From assembly GCA_900659855.1 (NCBI GenBank), contig CAACVI010000012.1:256532-320531 (forward strand): a stretch of 64,000 nucleotides of DNA. The letters are read 5' to 3'. Numbering within the stretch: position 1 is the first letter of the stretch; each line of letters starts with the position of its first letter. Below are positions 52,607-62,119 of the stretch, one piece after another. The position numbers and the translations under genes are program-made. Source of the DNA: Candidatus Desulfarcum epimagneticum. Lineage in GTDB: Bacteria; Desulfobacterota; Desulfobacteria; Desulfobacterales; CR-1. The notes under the pieces are model-generated. The model was not told the DNA's origin. It searched no databases and saw only the letters and a list, made by a program, of their open reading frames with translations.

Positions 52607-54577
52607 CTACGCGACGTCAAGCTGCCGCCGGTCGGACATATCCATCAACACGCGCTCTTTGGATCTGTCCAGACCCAGCTCTTGTCTCTTCTTGTCAATG
52701 TGGGCGATCATCATCTTCGCCATTTCATAGGGATCCGGAGTGAATCCCCATTTCCCCAGGCCCTGTTTTTCCAGGCCGTTGAACAGATACTCGTGGAATT
52801 TGGTCTCCTCCACGATGGGAAAGGTCACGCCGAAGACCGTGAACACGCCCGAGGCCACGAAGTACTGGCCGATGCAGATGGCCTTTTCGCTCATCCACTC
52901 AGGGGCCGCGCCCGCCACAGGAAGATCGGCGATGCTGTCTCCAAGGCCTCCTTCCCGAACCATTTCCGAAGCGGCGATGAGGATGCGGCTGTTGTCCACG
53001 CATGATCCCATTCCCAAAACAGGCGGCATTCCAACGGTCTCACACACTTCCCTCAATCCGTCCCCCGCCAGGATGGCCGACTCGGGCGTGGTGAGCCCGG
53101 CCTTGGCCAGCGCGATCTGGGAACAGCCGGTCTGAAGCACCAGAACGTCATTTTTAATCAGCTCTTTGACCAGCTCCACATGGACCCAGTCCTGCTTCAT
53201 CCTGGGATTGGTGCATCCCACCACTCCGGCGACGCCCCGTATGCGCCCATTGATAACGTTGTCGTTCAGGGGCCGGTAGGAGGAACGAAACGATCCGCCC
53301 AGCATGTAGCTGATGTACTCGTGGGAGAACCCGTGAACGCCGACGTTGACATTCTTGGGAATCTCGATCCTGGCGGTCCGGTTCTTGAACCGCGAGATGG
53401 CCCGGATGATGATCTCATCCGTGGCGGCCTTGGGATCATGCTCGTGGAACTCGATGTGCTCGACGCCCTCGATCTTGCACCTGGGATTGGTGGTGAACAG
53501 GGGCGTGTCGTAACAGTCGGCCACCTTGCCCAGACCCTGCTTGATGCACTGGACATCCACAGCCATGGCGTCCACAGCCCCGGTGACCAGAACGGTCTCG
53601 GTGGACATGAAGTTTCCGGCGTGGGGAACGCCGTGGCGAACCAGCATCTCCGCGCCCGAGCAACACATTCCCGCCAGGTTGATGCCCTTGGCGCCGGCCT
53701 TTTCAGCGGCTTCGATGAGGGTGGGCTCCTGGGATGAGGCGAGAATGGACTCAAACAGGTTGGGCTCGTGTCCGTGGACGATGACGTTGACCATGTCCTC
53801 TTTCAAAACCCCCATGTTGACTTCCACGCTGACCGGGGAAGGCGTGCCGAAGAGAATGTCCGATATCTCGGTGGCCACCATGGATCCCCCCCATCCGTCG
53901 GAAAGGGCGGTTCGGCTGCACTGTTTGACGATATTTTCGTAATCCTGGTCCACGCCCATGTGGGAGCGGTGCATCAGCTCCATGATTTCCCGCATGGCCC
54001 CCCGGGGAACGATGCCCATTTCGCGCCATGTCTCCAGGGTCTTTTTCGGAACCCGTTTGGCGAAGGGGATTTCCCCGTCCACCTGGGTGTAGGTGCGCTC
54101 CAGCTCTTTGTAAAGATCCTCCGCGATGTCCATGAGTTCCCGGTCCTGGGTCTCAATGTCGATGGATTCCGCCACCGCTTTGAGCTTCGCGGGATTCTTG
54201 ATGCGGTAATCCTTGATTTTTCCCTTGATCACATCCCGGAACATATCCAGCATGCTCATGCCGTGGTCCGTGTGGGCGGCTCCCCCGGCGGCCACCATCC
54301 TGGAAAAATTCCGGGCCATGATGGTGTCGATGGTGGCGCCGCAGACCCCCACTTTTCCGTAAGGATCCCGGGCGTTGAGGCGGCAGGGCCCCATGGCGCA
54401 GTGCTTGCAGCAGGCCGAATCGGCGCCGATGGGACAGGCCTTCATGTTCATGGCCCGGTCAAAGGCGGTCTCCACCCCGTCTTTCTTGGCTTTCTCAAGC
54501 ATCTGGGCGGTGGCCTCGCAAGTGGTGACGCTGGAAATGTCCAGCTCTTTTGGCGCTTTCGTTTTGTCTTTTCCCAT
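52607..54577 (-). CDS. cooS: Anaerobic Ni-Fe carbon-monoxide dehydrogenase catalytic subunit
   Basis: 656-aa ORF. N-terminal D/B-cluster cysteines (ACPIGADSACCKHCAMGPCRL...GVCGA). C-cluster region motifs are present (...HGHEP..., ...GMCCSG..., ...GCTNP..., ...GSCVDNSR). Confidence 0.9.
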   Translation of the reverse strand: MGKDKTKAPKELDISSVTTCEATAQMLEKAKKDGVETAFDRAMNMKACPIGADSACCKHCAMGPCRLNARDPYGKVGVCGATIDTIMARNFSRMVAAGGAAHTDHGMSMLDMFRDVIKGKIKDYRIKNPAKLKAVAESIDIETQDRELMDIAEDLYKELERTYTQVDGEIPFAKRVPKKTLETWREMGIVPRGAMREIMELMHRSHMGVDQDYENIVKQCSRTALSDGWGGSMVATEISDILFGTPSPVSVEVNMGVLKEDMVNVIVHGHEPNLFESILASSQEPTLIEAAEKAGAKGINLAGMCCSGAEMLVRHGVPHAGNFMSTETVLVTGAVDAMAVDVQCIKQGLGKVADCYDTPLFTTNPRCKIEGVEHIEFHEHDPKAATDEIIIRAISRFKNRTARIEIPKNVNVGVHGFSHEYISYMLGGSFRSSYRPLNDNVINGRIRGVAGVVGCTNPRMKQDWVHVELVKELIKNDVLVLQTGCSQIALAKAGLTTPESAILAGDGLREVCETVGMPPVLGMGSCVDNSRILIAASEMVREGGLGDSIADLPVAGAAPEWMSEKAICIGQYFVASGVFTVFGVTFPIVEETKFHEYLFNGLEKQGLGKWGFTPDPYEMAKMMIAHIDKKRQELGLDRSKERVLMDMSDRRQLDVA

Positions 54578-54675
54578 CTAAAACCTCCTTTGGCTTGGGT
54601 GCGTCTCTTCATGAGACTGTTTATTGTCGCCGGCTGATGAAAAAAAGCATTCCGCGCGGCATGCTTCTAACCCAA

Positions 54676-54703
54676 AATATAACACTTTGTGGCACAAAGT
54701 CAA
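54676..54703 (-). promoter_or_regulatory. Putative cooS promoter with embedded 17-bp palindrome
   Basis: On the minus strand, TTGACT (54703..54698) is followed by 16 bp and then TATATT (54681..54676). The spacer contains the perfect palindrome ACTTTGTG-G-CACAAAGT (54684..54700). Confidence 0.45.
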
Positions 54704-54744
54704 TGGAACAAAATCAAACGCTCAAAATGAAATCAAGAAAACAT

Positions 54745-54790
54745 GATAAACCCGTAAAAAACGGCGGACGACATCGTCAAAAATCCCGGC
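54745..54790. repeat. Partial (one-end) copy of the type-2 palindromic element
   Basis: GATAAACCCGTAAAAAACGGCGGACGACATCGTCAAAAATCCC aligns with the first 45 bp of the copy at 32708..32863. Confidence 0.6.
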
Positions 54791-54791
54791 C

Positions 54792-55355
54792 TCAAAAATC
54801 CCGGGGCTTGCAAATCACCTCCCGAATCCGCATGTCAAACAGGTGGGACTGGCCCGCCGGTTTTAAAACCAGGGCCGCGTCCGCGCCCCTGCCGCTTCCG
54901 CCGATGGCGATGATGTCGCGCCCCGACAGGGCCCCGGCGTCCGCGGCCATGATGGATATCTCCACCGCCACTTTCACCCCCTGGCCGAAAAGCCTGAGGG
55001 TGTCGGCGATCAGAAGGGCGGGATACGACCCGCCGTGCTTCATGGCGATGGCGCGCTCGACTCCTGAAAGCGCGTGGGTGGCCGAAATCACACGGGCCCC
55101 CTTTTCCTCAAGATCCTTTCGGGCATCGTCCGTCATGACATTTTGAAACGGCTCTTTGAATCCGCAGTGGTAGGTGACCGCCGTGATCTGAAACCCCTTG
55201 AAAACATCCAAAGCCCGGCGCGCCGTCTCCCCGGTGGTGGAGGCCACCGCCAGCTCGGACAGGCCCAGGGCTTTGCCCCGCTCATACGCCGCCGAAAGAA
55301 CAGCGTCTGTGTTGGCCGGCCCCGGTTTTTCGAAAACACCCGCTTGATCGCCCAT
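54792..55355 (-). CDS. Pyruvate-kinase C-terminal (alpha/beta) domain-like protein
   Basis: ORF 54792..55409; the likely start is Met19 (MGDQAGVFEKPGPANTDAVL). ...LAVASTTGETARRALDVF...ITAVTYHCGF...GARVISATHALSGVER...IAIGGSGRGADAALV. Confidence 0.65.
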   Translation of the reverse strand: MGDQAGVFEKPGPANTDAVLSAAYERGKALGLSELAVASTTGETARRALDVFKGFQITAVTYHCGFKEPFQNVMTDDARKDLEEKGARVISATHALSGVERAIAMKHGGSYPALLIADTLRLFGQGVKVAVEISIMAADAGALSGRDIIAIGGSGRGADAALVLKPAGQSHLFDMRIREVICKPRDF

Positions 55356-55488
55356 AATTGGGACCTCCTTTTTTTGTTTTTTCCAAAATAATGATTTATT
55401 TTTATACAATTCTTGGCTATAGTCAACTCATAAACTCAAAATCCGGCCATAAGGGCCTTTGAATCACGCCGTCAAAAAGGGAGGAACG

Positions 55489-55659
55489 ATGATGACAGAC
55501 AATCCGGAAACCCTCGCGGAACTTTTAAAGGACTCCATATTCATCAACGCGGTGAACATGGCCGAGCGCCGGCAGCTCAAAGAAAGAATTGTCAGAATCG
55601 CCGAAAAATGGAGCGCCCAAAGCGACATCATTCGAAAACACAGCCTCAACCATGACTGA
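55489..55659 (+). CDS. Small hypothetical protein
   Basis: 56-aa in-frame Met preceded by GGGAGGA (55479..55485): MMTDNPETLAELLKDSIFINAVNMAERRQLKERIVRIAEKW.... It lies upstream of murJ. Confidence 0.4.
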   Translation: MMTDNPETLAELLKDSIFINAVNMAERRQLKERIVRIAEKWSAQSDIIRKHSLNHD

Positions 55660-55707
55660 ATTCCCGTTTCCTGAAAATCCCGGACACGCCGGCGATTTGT
55701 CCGCGCC

Positions 55708-57273
55708 ATGACCGAAAACTCAAAAGTCACAAAAGCCGCCGGAATCGTCGGGTCGGCCACCTTGCTCAGCCGCGTGATGGGCTATATCCGGGACATGGCC
55801 CTGGCCTGGTTCTTCGGCGCCGGGATGGCCTCGGACGCGTTCTTCGTGGCCTTCAGGATCCCCAATCTCTTAAGGAGGCTCTTCGCCGAGGGCTCTTTGA
55901 GCGTGGCCTTTATCCCCGTGTTCACCGATTATCTGGAAAAAGAGGGGAAAGAGGAGGCGATGCGCTTCGCGGGATCGGCCTTGAAATGCCTGTCCGTGAT
56001 CCTGGCCGCTGTGGCGCTCGCCGGCGTTTTGCTCGCGCCCTTCATCGCCCGGGCGTTCGCCCCGGGGTTTATGGAGGACCCCGAAAAGCTTCGCCTCACG
56101 ACGCTTTTGACCCGGGTCATGTTCCCCTATATCCTGTTCATCGGCCTGGTGGCGCTTTGCATGGGGATTTTAAATGTGATGGGCCATTTCGCGGCCCCGG
56201 CCCTGGCCCCGGTTTTGTTGAACCTGTCCATGATCGGGGCGGTTTTTCTCATTTCCCCGGGGCTTGAAGAGCCGGCCATGGGCCTGGCGATCGGGGTTCT
56301 CATCGGCGGGGCGCTTCAACTGGCGCTCCAGGCGCCCTTTGTGATCCGAAAAGGCGTCCGGCTGGGGCGGCGAATCCCGCTGCGCCACCCGGGATTAAAA
56401 AAAGTGGGGGTCCTGATGCTTCCCACCATCCTGGGCTCGGCGGCCTACCAGGTGAACATACTGGCCGGGACGCTTCTGTCCTCTCTTCTGCCGGAGGGCA
56501 GCGTGTCTTATCTGTACTACGCGGACCGGCTCACCCAGTTTCCCCTGGGAATTTTCGCCATCGCGCTGGCCACGGCGGTTCTGCCCAGTCTGTCCAGACA
56601 GGTGTCGGCCGGCGACATGGAGGCGGCGGGCCAAACCTTTTCCCACGCCATGCGGTTCGTGTGGTTCATCACCCTGCCCGCCATGTTCGGCATGATGGCG
56701 CTCAGGGAACCCATTGTGGCGCTGCTTTTCAAGCGGGGGGCCTTTGACGCCCGGGCTGTGGAGTCCACGGCCCATGCGCTTTTGTTTTACTCGGCGGGCC
56801 TGTGGGCGTTTTCAGGGGTTCGAATCGTGGTCTCCGCCTTTTACGCCCTGAAGGACACCCGGACCCCGGTGAAAATGGCCGTCATCTCCATCGCGGCCAA
56901 CATCATCCTGGGCGCGGCGCTCATGGGCCCCATGGGGCATGGGGGGCTGGCGCTGGCCACCTCTTTGTCCTCCATGCTCAACCTCATCCTTCTGACCCGG
57001 GCCTTGAGGGCGAAATTCGATTTTTTCGACCGAATCTTTTTCACGGTTTCGTCGCTGAAAATCCTGGTGTCCTCCCTGGTCATGGGCGGGGCGGTTTTCG
57101 CCATGTCGCGGTTTGTTTTAACGCCCGGCCAGGACGACTTTTCCCGGCTTTTGACCGGGATACTGATATGCGTGGCCGCGGGGTCGGCGCTTTACGCCCT
57201 GCTCGCGTTCGCGCTCAAAAGCCGGGAGATGAAAACGATCCTTCAAATGGCGGGAAAGGATTCTGAAAAATGA
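55708..57273 (+). CDS. murJ: Lipid II flippase MurJ
   Basis: 521-aa polytopic ORF. The N-terminus ...SATLLSRVMGYIRDMALAWFFGAGMASDAFFVAFRIPNLLRRLFAEGSLSVAFIPVF is canonical MurJ/MviN. Confidence 0.9.
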   Translation: MTENSKVTKAAGIVGSATLLSRVMGYIRDMALAWFFGAGMASDAFFVAFRIPNLLRRLFAEGSLSVAFIPVFTDYLEKEGKEEAMRFAGSALKCLSVILAAVALAGVLLAPFIARAFAPGFMEDPEKLRLTTLLTRVMFPYILFIGLVALCMGILNVMGHFAAPALAPVLLNLSMIGAVFLISPGLEEPAMGLAIGVLIGGALQLALQAPFVIRKGVRLGRRIPLRHPGLKKVGVLMLPTILGSAAYQVNILAGTLLSSLLPEGSVSYLYYADRLTQFPLGIFAIALATAVLPSLSRQVSAGDMEAAGQTFSHAMRFVWFITLPAMFGMMALREPIVALLFKRGAFDARAVESTAHALLFYSAGLWAFSGVRIVVSAFYALKDTRTPVKMAVISIAANIILGAALMGPMGHGGLALATSLSSMLNLILLTRALRAKFDFFDRIFFTVSSLKILVSSLVMGGAVFAMSRFVLTPGQDDFSRLLTGILICVAAGSALYALLAFALKSREMKTILQMAGKDSEK

Positions 57274-57575
57274 AGCGTGGAATACTGCTGGGCGTCATGG
57301 CCGCCGTCCTGGGGGCGACGCTGATTCTCATTGTGTTCGGGGACAACGGATACATGGACCGGAACCGGATGAAAAAGACGCTGGAACGCCTGGCTCTGGA
57401 CAACAAACGGCTGGCGGACGAAAATCTGGATTTTTACAGAAGAATTCACCGGCTGAAAACCGACCCGGTTTACGTGGAGGGCGTCGCCAGGCGGGAGCTG
57501 GGCCTGGCGGCCGACGGCGAGGTGGTCTTCCACCTCCATGATCCGGGGAAAAAACCCAAAAAACCAAACCCATAA
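57270..57575 (+). CDS. ftsB: Septum formation initiator (FtsB/DivIC family)
   Basis: 101-aa ORF with an N-terminal TM, a coiled coil (RLALDNKRLADENLDFYRRIHRLKTD) and PVYVEGVARRELGL. It overlaps murJ by ATGA. Confidence 0.8.
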   Translation: MKRGILLGVMAAVLGATLILIVFGDNGYMDRNRMKKTLERLALDNKRLADENLDFYRRIHRLKTDPVYVEGVARRELGLAADGEVVFHLHDPGKKPKKPNP

Positions 57576-57593
57576 GCGGGAAAGGCGCGCGCC

Positions 57594-57929
57594 GTGAACC
57601 CACCATCCGATTTTGAAACGCTGACAATGGCCAAAATTCACGCCGACCAGGGACGTCTGGGAAAGGCGGCGGATATCTGCCGGAATCTTTTAAACCAGGC
57701 CCCGGACCAGAACCAGGACCAGGACCAGGAACGGCGGGGAAAAATATTAAAAATCCTTTCGGACCTGGAAAACCGCGTCGCCGAGAAGGGAAGGCGGGAC
57801 GCCGGACGCCTGGCGCCTTTGTTTGAAAAATGGCTCGGGCTCGTCCTTGCCCGGGAAAGGCTGGCGCGGCTTCAAAAAATCAAAACCGACATGGCCCCGT
57901 CCCTTCCCTTGTCCAAAAACGGCGTCTAA
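57594..57929 (+). CDS. Hypothetical protein (TPR-like N-terminus, DQ-rich linker)
   Basis: 111-aa ORF with a GTG start. LTMAKIHADQGRLGKAADICRNLL resembles one TPR helix pair. Confidence 0.4.
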   Translation: MNPPSDFETLTMAKIHADQGRLGKAADICRNLLNQAPDQNQDQDQERRGKILKILSDLENRVAEKGRRDAGRLAPLFEKWLGLVLARERLARLQKIKTDMAPSLPLSKNGV

Positions 57930-58603
57930 GACTCGTAGCATCCGGCCATTTTTTCGGCCGTCTGCCTCCCCCAGAAATCCGAGATGGCTTTTTCATAGGA
58001 CGCCGTGTGGGAAAAGGCTTTTCCGGCCAGATTAAAACGCGATTCCAGGGAAATACGGCCCTGGGAGGCGGCCATCTCCTTAACCACGGCGCCGTAATCG
58101 CCGGGGTCCGACACGCAGGCCACCCGGATGAAATTCTTGGCCGCGGCCCGGATCATGCAGGGGCCCCCGATGTCGATGTTGCCCCGGGCCTCCTCCAGCG
58201 TGGCGCCCGGGCGTCTTGACACCTCCTTGAACGGGTACAGGTTCACCACCGCCATGTCGATGGGAACGGCGTCCGTCCGCCTCAAATCCTCCTGGTGGCT
58301 GTCATTGTATGTTTCCGTCAAAAGCCCCAGGTAGATTTTAAAATCCAGGGTTTTCACCAGCCCCCCCTGGGTCTCGGGCTGGCCCGTGTAGTCGGACACC
58401 CGGATCAGATTTTTTTCCGCGCCTGGGCCGATGATCCCCCGCAGGCGCTCGTAGGTTCCGCCGGTGGAAAAAAACCGGATCCCGGGTCGAATGTCCATCA
58501 GCGCCGGGATAAAGGTCTCCAGACCGGTTTTGTCCGACACGCTGATCAGCGCATGGTCCACTTTCACCAGATCGTCCACTTTTTCAACCACATTGAGGGT
58601 CAT
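57926..58603 (-). CDS. IMP cyclohydrolase domain protein (PurH N-terminal MGS-like domain only)
   Basis: 225-aa ORF. ALISVSDKTGL...STGGT...VSDYTGQPE..GGLVKTLDFKIYLGLL...DMAVVNLYPF...EEARGNIDIGGPCMIRAAAKN. No AICAR-transformylase half is present. Confidence 0.8.
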   Translation of the reverse strand: MTLNVVEKVDDLVKVDHALISVSDKTGLETFIPALMDIRPGIRFFSTGGTYERLRGIIGPGAEKNLIRVSDYTGQPETQGGLVKTLDFKIYLGLLTETYNDSHQEDLRRTDAVPIDMAVVNLYPFKEVSRRPGATLEEARGNIDIGGPCMIRAAAKNFIRVACVSDPGDYGAVVKEMAASQGRISLESRFNLAGKAFSHTASYEKAISDFWGRQTAEKMAGCYES

Positions 58604-58615
58604 GACATTTTCCTT

Positions 58616-59314
58616 TCACGACAAGGTCATAATGGATTCCCACCGCTCGTATTCATTCGAATGGGCCAGCCCCCGTTTTTTTAACACATCGATCATGCCG
58701 GGATCGTTAAATCGAAGATACGGGTTGACTTTCATCTCATCGCCCATCGTGGAGCGAACCAGGCGGGGGTCATATTTTTTCAAATACGCGTCAATATGGG
58801 GATGGTCCGGCTCAATAACCCGGGCAAAGGCCATGGCGTATTCCACGTAGTCGTGGCCCGCGTATATGACGGTGTCCGGGGGGAAGGCCATGAGCGTTTT
58901 GATGGACTCGTAAAAGCCCCTCAAATCCCCGGAAAAACAGTTCCCGATGGTGCCGTTGAAAAGCGTGTCTCCGGCGACCAGGAACCCGTCGGCGAAAAAC
59001 GTCATGGAGTCCGGGGTGTGACCGGGGGTGTGAAGGACCTGGGCCGTCTCCCCTTCGATTTCCACCGCCTTTTTTTTCATCAGGGTCTCGTGGTCGAGAT
59101 ATCGGGCGCCCGTTCGCCCGATGAGCCGCCGGGTCCCGGATGTGTGGTCGGGATGGCCGTGGGTGTTGGCGGCGAATTTTAAATCCAGGCCCTTTTCATC
59201 CAGGAAGGACGCGATGTCGTCCACGGCCCCGCCGTCTATGGCCAAAGCCGTCCGCCGGCCATATAACACATATCCCAGGTTGTCGGATGAGTATCGAAAC
59301 TGTTGGATGTTCAT
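58616..59314 (-). CDS. MBL-fold hydrolase, hydroxyacylglutathione-hydrolase-like
   Basis: 232-aa ORF. NLGYVLYG...ALAIDGG...ANTHGHPDHTSG...LHTPGHTPDS...GDTLF..TIGNC.... Confidence 0.75.
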   Translation of the reverse strand: MNIQQFRYSSDNLGYVLYGRRTALAIDGGAVDDIASFLDEKGLDLKFAANTHGHPDHTSGTRRLIGRTGARYLDHETLMKKKAVEIEGETAQVLHTPGHTPDSMTFFADGFLVAGDTLFNGTIGNCFSGDLRGFYESIKTLMAFPPDTVIYAGHDYVEYAMAFARVIEPDHPHIDAYLKKYDPRLVRSTMGDEMKVNPYLRFNDPGMIDVLKKRGLAHSNEYERWESIMTLS

Positions 59315-59411
59315 GTTTTTCCTGACGGGGATTTAAGCGGCCCCTCACCGGGTTCCTGTGTAAAAACGTTCCATTTTGCCCAGCGCGGAAACGGAGCAAA
59401 AGGGGGCGTTT

Positions 59412-60491
59412 CTACTTATACGCGCTGTAATCCACCCCCCTGCTCTCTCCCCGACTCTCAAACCACTGGTCTTCATCCCCGGGCGGGGCCACAATCTCGG
59501 TGTCGGCTTTTCTTTTCATGGACACCGCCTCCTCCGGGCATGTGGACACGCAAAGCCCGCAGCCGATGCAGCTTTCCCTGATGACGCGATACACATCGCC
59601 GTCCTCCTCAATGGCGTTGACCTGGCAGCGCTCGTCCGCGCAGACCCCGCAGGCCACGCATGAGTCCGGATCGATTTCGGCGAAGAAGTGGGTGTTTACG
59701 GCGTCGGCGATGCCCAGATTATTGATCGCCCTCAAAACCCCGCAGCAGCATCCGCAGCAGTTGCAGATATAAAAATGGCCGCTCTCCACGTTGCTGGTCA
59801 TGTGAACCAGGCCCGCCTCCTCGGACTTTTTCAACACTTCCCGGGCCTTTTCCTTTGAAATGGGGCGTCCCCAGTGGCTGTTTTCAAATATTCCCGGGAC
59901 CGGCGCGATGGCCATGCAGACCTCGGAGGGTTTGTCGCATCCGTCGTCCAAAAGGCGCTTCTCCTTTTTGCAGATGCACTCCGCCAGACCGAAGGACTGG
60001 CCGTTTTCGATGATGCCGGACACCTTTTCATAGGGAAGGGTCTCCTGGATGGCCGAAATCTCCTTTTCAACGGGAAGCACCTGCATCAACTGGGGTTTGT
60101 TTTCAAAAAACTGTTTGCCGAACGCCTTGAAATATTTCTCGCACATTTCTGCGAATTCCCGGTCCATCCGCTCCAGCTGAAGCTCATAGACGCCGAACAC
60201 CCAGGGCATCATCTTAAAAATCTTCACCCCTCCCATGTTCACGCCGAACACCAGACCCCTTTCCCACATGGCGTCCAGGAAATCCTCCAGCCCCTCCAGG
60301 GGGCGGCCCGTCCGCTCGGCGATCTGGTCCGCCGTCTCAAAGGAAAGCCTCAGATCGCAAAACATCTCCGCCTCTTTTTCCGTAAAGGTCTTTTTTAAAA
60401 TGTCGATCTCAAGCCCCGACTCAGTGGCGGGAAATCCATTGGGCAGGGTGTCCAGAACCTTTGCCAGTTTGCGATACGCGTCATCTCCCAT
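59412..60491 (-). CDS. 4Fe-4S dicluster domain protein with N-terminal helical/HTH-like region
   Basis: 359-aa ORF. Cys-rich CNCCGCCCG, plus two ferredoxin motifs CVACGVCADERC and CIGCGLCVSTCP. Confidence 0.7.
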   Translation of the reverse strand: MGDDAYRKLAKVLDTLPNGFPATESGLEIDILKKTFTEKEAEMFCDLRLSFETADQIAERTGRPLEGLEDFLDAMWERGLVFGVNMGGVKIFKMMPWVFGVYELQLERMDREFAEMCEKYFKAFGKQFFENKPQLMQVLPVEKEISAIQETLPYEKVSGIIENGQSFGLAECICKKEKRLLDDGCDKPSEVCMAIAPVPGIFENSHWGRPISKEKAREVLKKSEEAGLVHMTSNVESGHFYICNCCGCCCGVLRAINNLGIADAVNTHFFAEIDPDSCVACGVCADERCQVNAIEEDGDVYRVIRESCIGCGLCVSTCPEEAVSMKRKADTEIVAPPGDEDQWFESRGESRGVDYSAYK

Positions 60492-60494
60492 TTT

Positions 60495-62084
60495 TTATGT
60501 CTCCTTTTCGTTTCCGGTTTCCCCTTCCGGGATATGTGTCAAAGACCGCCCCGTCATCCGCTCCGGCTTTTCAACGCCCATGATCTCCAGAACCGTGGGG
60601 GCGATGTCGGCCAGGGAGCCGCCGGGACGCAGGGCCGCGTCTTTCCGGGAGTCGTCCGCCAGGATGAAAGGCACGGGATGGGTGGTGTGGGCCGTGTGAG
60701 GGCCGCCGTTTTCATCCGCCATCTTTTCGGCGTTGCCGTGATCCGAAGTGACAATGGCCGCGCCCCCTTTTTCAAGGACCCGGCCCACGACTTTTCCCAC
60801 ACCGATATCCACGGCCTCGCACGCCCGGATCGCGGCGGGCAGAATACCGGTGTGCCCCACCATGTCCATGTTGGCGAAATTGACCACCATGAGATCGAAA
60901 CAGCCGGAGTCGATCTCCTCCAGGACCTTGTCGGTCAGCTCAAAGGCGCTCATCTCAGGCTTTAAGTCATAGGTCCGGACCTCCCGGGGGGACGGAATCA
61001 GACATCGTTCCTCCAGGGGAAAGGGCTCTTCGGCGCCGCCGTTGAAAAAATAGGTCACATGGGCGTACTTTTCGGTCTCCGCGATTCTGAGCTGCCGCAG
61101 TCCGTTTCGGCTGACCGTCTCCCCCAGGGTGTCTTTCAGGGTCTCCGGGGGAAAGGCCGACGGCAGGCCAAAGCGCTCGTCATAACGGGTCATGCCCACA
61201 AAACCGGACAGACGGGGCCGGGGGTCCCGGGGAAAGGCGTCAAAGGAATCGTCGGTCAGGGCCCGGGTGATCTCCCTGGCCCGGTCGGCCCTGAAATTGA
61301 AAAACACAACGCCGTCCCCGTCCCTGAGAAGGCCGGGGTCCCCGTCCCCGGGGAAAATCACGGTCGGGGAGACGAATTCGTCCGTCTCCCCTTTCCGGTA
61401 GGCGTTTTCAACCGCTGTCTCCGGATCGTTTTCCCGGTTTCCCTCGCCTGTGGTGTAAAGCCGGAAGGCCTTTTCGATCCTGTCCCACCGTTTGTCCCGG
61501 TCCATGGCGTAAAATCTGCCGCAGACCGTGGCCACCCGGACGTTTTCCTTTTCCCGGGCCCATTCCTTCAATGACCGGACATATTCCAGCCCGCTGTCCG
61601 GGGGGGTGTCCCGGCCGTCCAGGATGGCGTGAACAAAAACGCGGCGGATTTTCGGCCCCGCTTTCCCGGACGCGGCCATGTCCAGAAGGGCCCGGAGGTG
61701 ATCCGTGTGGCTGTGGACCCCGCCGTCTGAAAGCAGGCCCATGATGTGAAGGGACGCGCCTTCGGCCGCCACTTTCTCCATAAGGCCCAGGATGGCGGCG
61801 TTTTGAAAAAAAGACCGGTCGGCCACAGCCCGGTTGATCCTGAGAAGATCCTGGAGAACCGGCCGCCCGGCCCCGATGTTGAGATGCCCCACCTCCGAGT
61901 TTCCCATGGTCCCGTCGGGAAGCCCCACGGCTTCCCCCGAGCACGACAGGCGGGTGTGGGGATAGGCGTCCATGAGCCGGTCAAGATTGGGGCAGTCCGC
62001 CAGGGCGCAGGCGTTTTGGCGGCGGTCCGGGTTGATTCCGCATCCGTCTAATATGAGCAGAAGACATGGTTTTTTCGGGGTCAT
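60495..62084 (-). CDS. gpmI: 2,3-bisphosphoglycerate-independent phosphoglycerate mutase
   Basis: 529-aa [14 protein letters not shown]...[14 protein letters not shown]...[11 protein letters not shown]...DGRDTPP...[12 protein letters not shown]...TSDHGNAE. Confidence 0.9.
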   Translation of the reverse strand: MTPKKPCLLLILDGCGINPDRRQNACALADCPNLDRLMDAYPHTRLSCSGEAVGLPDGTMGNSEVGHLNIGAGRPVLQDLLRINRAVADRSFFQNAAILGLMEKVAAEGASLHIMGLLSDGGVHSHTDHLRALLDMAASGKAGPKIRRVFVHAILDGRDTPPDSGLEYVRSLKEWAREKENVRVATVCGRFYAMDRDKRWDRIEKAFRLYTTGEGNRENDPETAVENAYRKGETDEFVSPTVIFPGDGDPGLLRDGDGVVFFNFRADRAREITRALTDDSFDAFPRDPRPRLSGFVGMTRYDERFGLPSAFPPETLKDTLGETVSRNGLRQLRIAETEKYAHVTYFFNGGAEEPFPLEERCLIPSPREVRTYDLKPEMSAFELTDKVLEEIDSGCFDLMVVNFANMDMVGHTGILPAAIRACEAVDIGVGKVVGRVLEKGGAAIVTSDHGNAEKMADENGGPHTAHTTHPVPFILADDSRKDAALRPGGSLADIAPTVLEIMGVEKPERMTGRSLTHIPEGETGNEKET

Positions 62085-62119
62085 TTTTTTCCCGTTTTTT
62101 GTTCAGGCGGGTCTTTTTG

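Noticed and set aside
54691-54696. TGGCAC inside the cooS palindrome, as a possible sigma-54 -24 element.
   Set aside because: No TTGC-type -12 element occurs at the required spacing on either strand. A sigma-70-like -35/-10 pair fits better.
57697-57730. CCAGGA/CCAGAA microsatellite-like run (GACCAGAACCAGGACCAGGACCAGGA).
   Set aside because: It lies within a coding frame (DQNQDQDQ linker) and has only about four units. It was not treated as a regulatory or contingency repeat.
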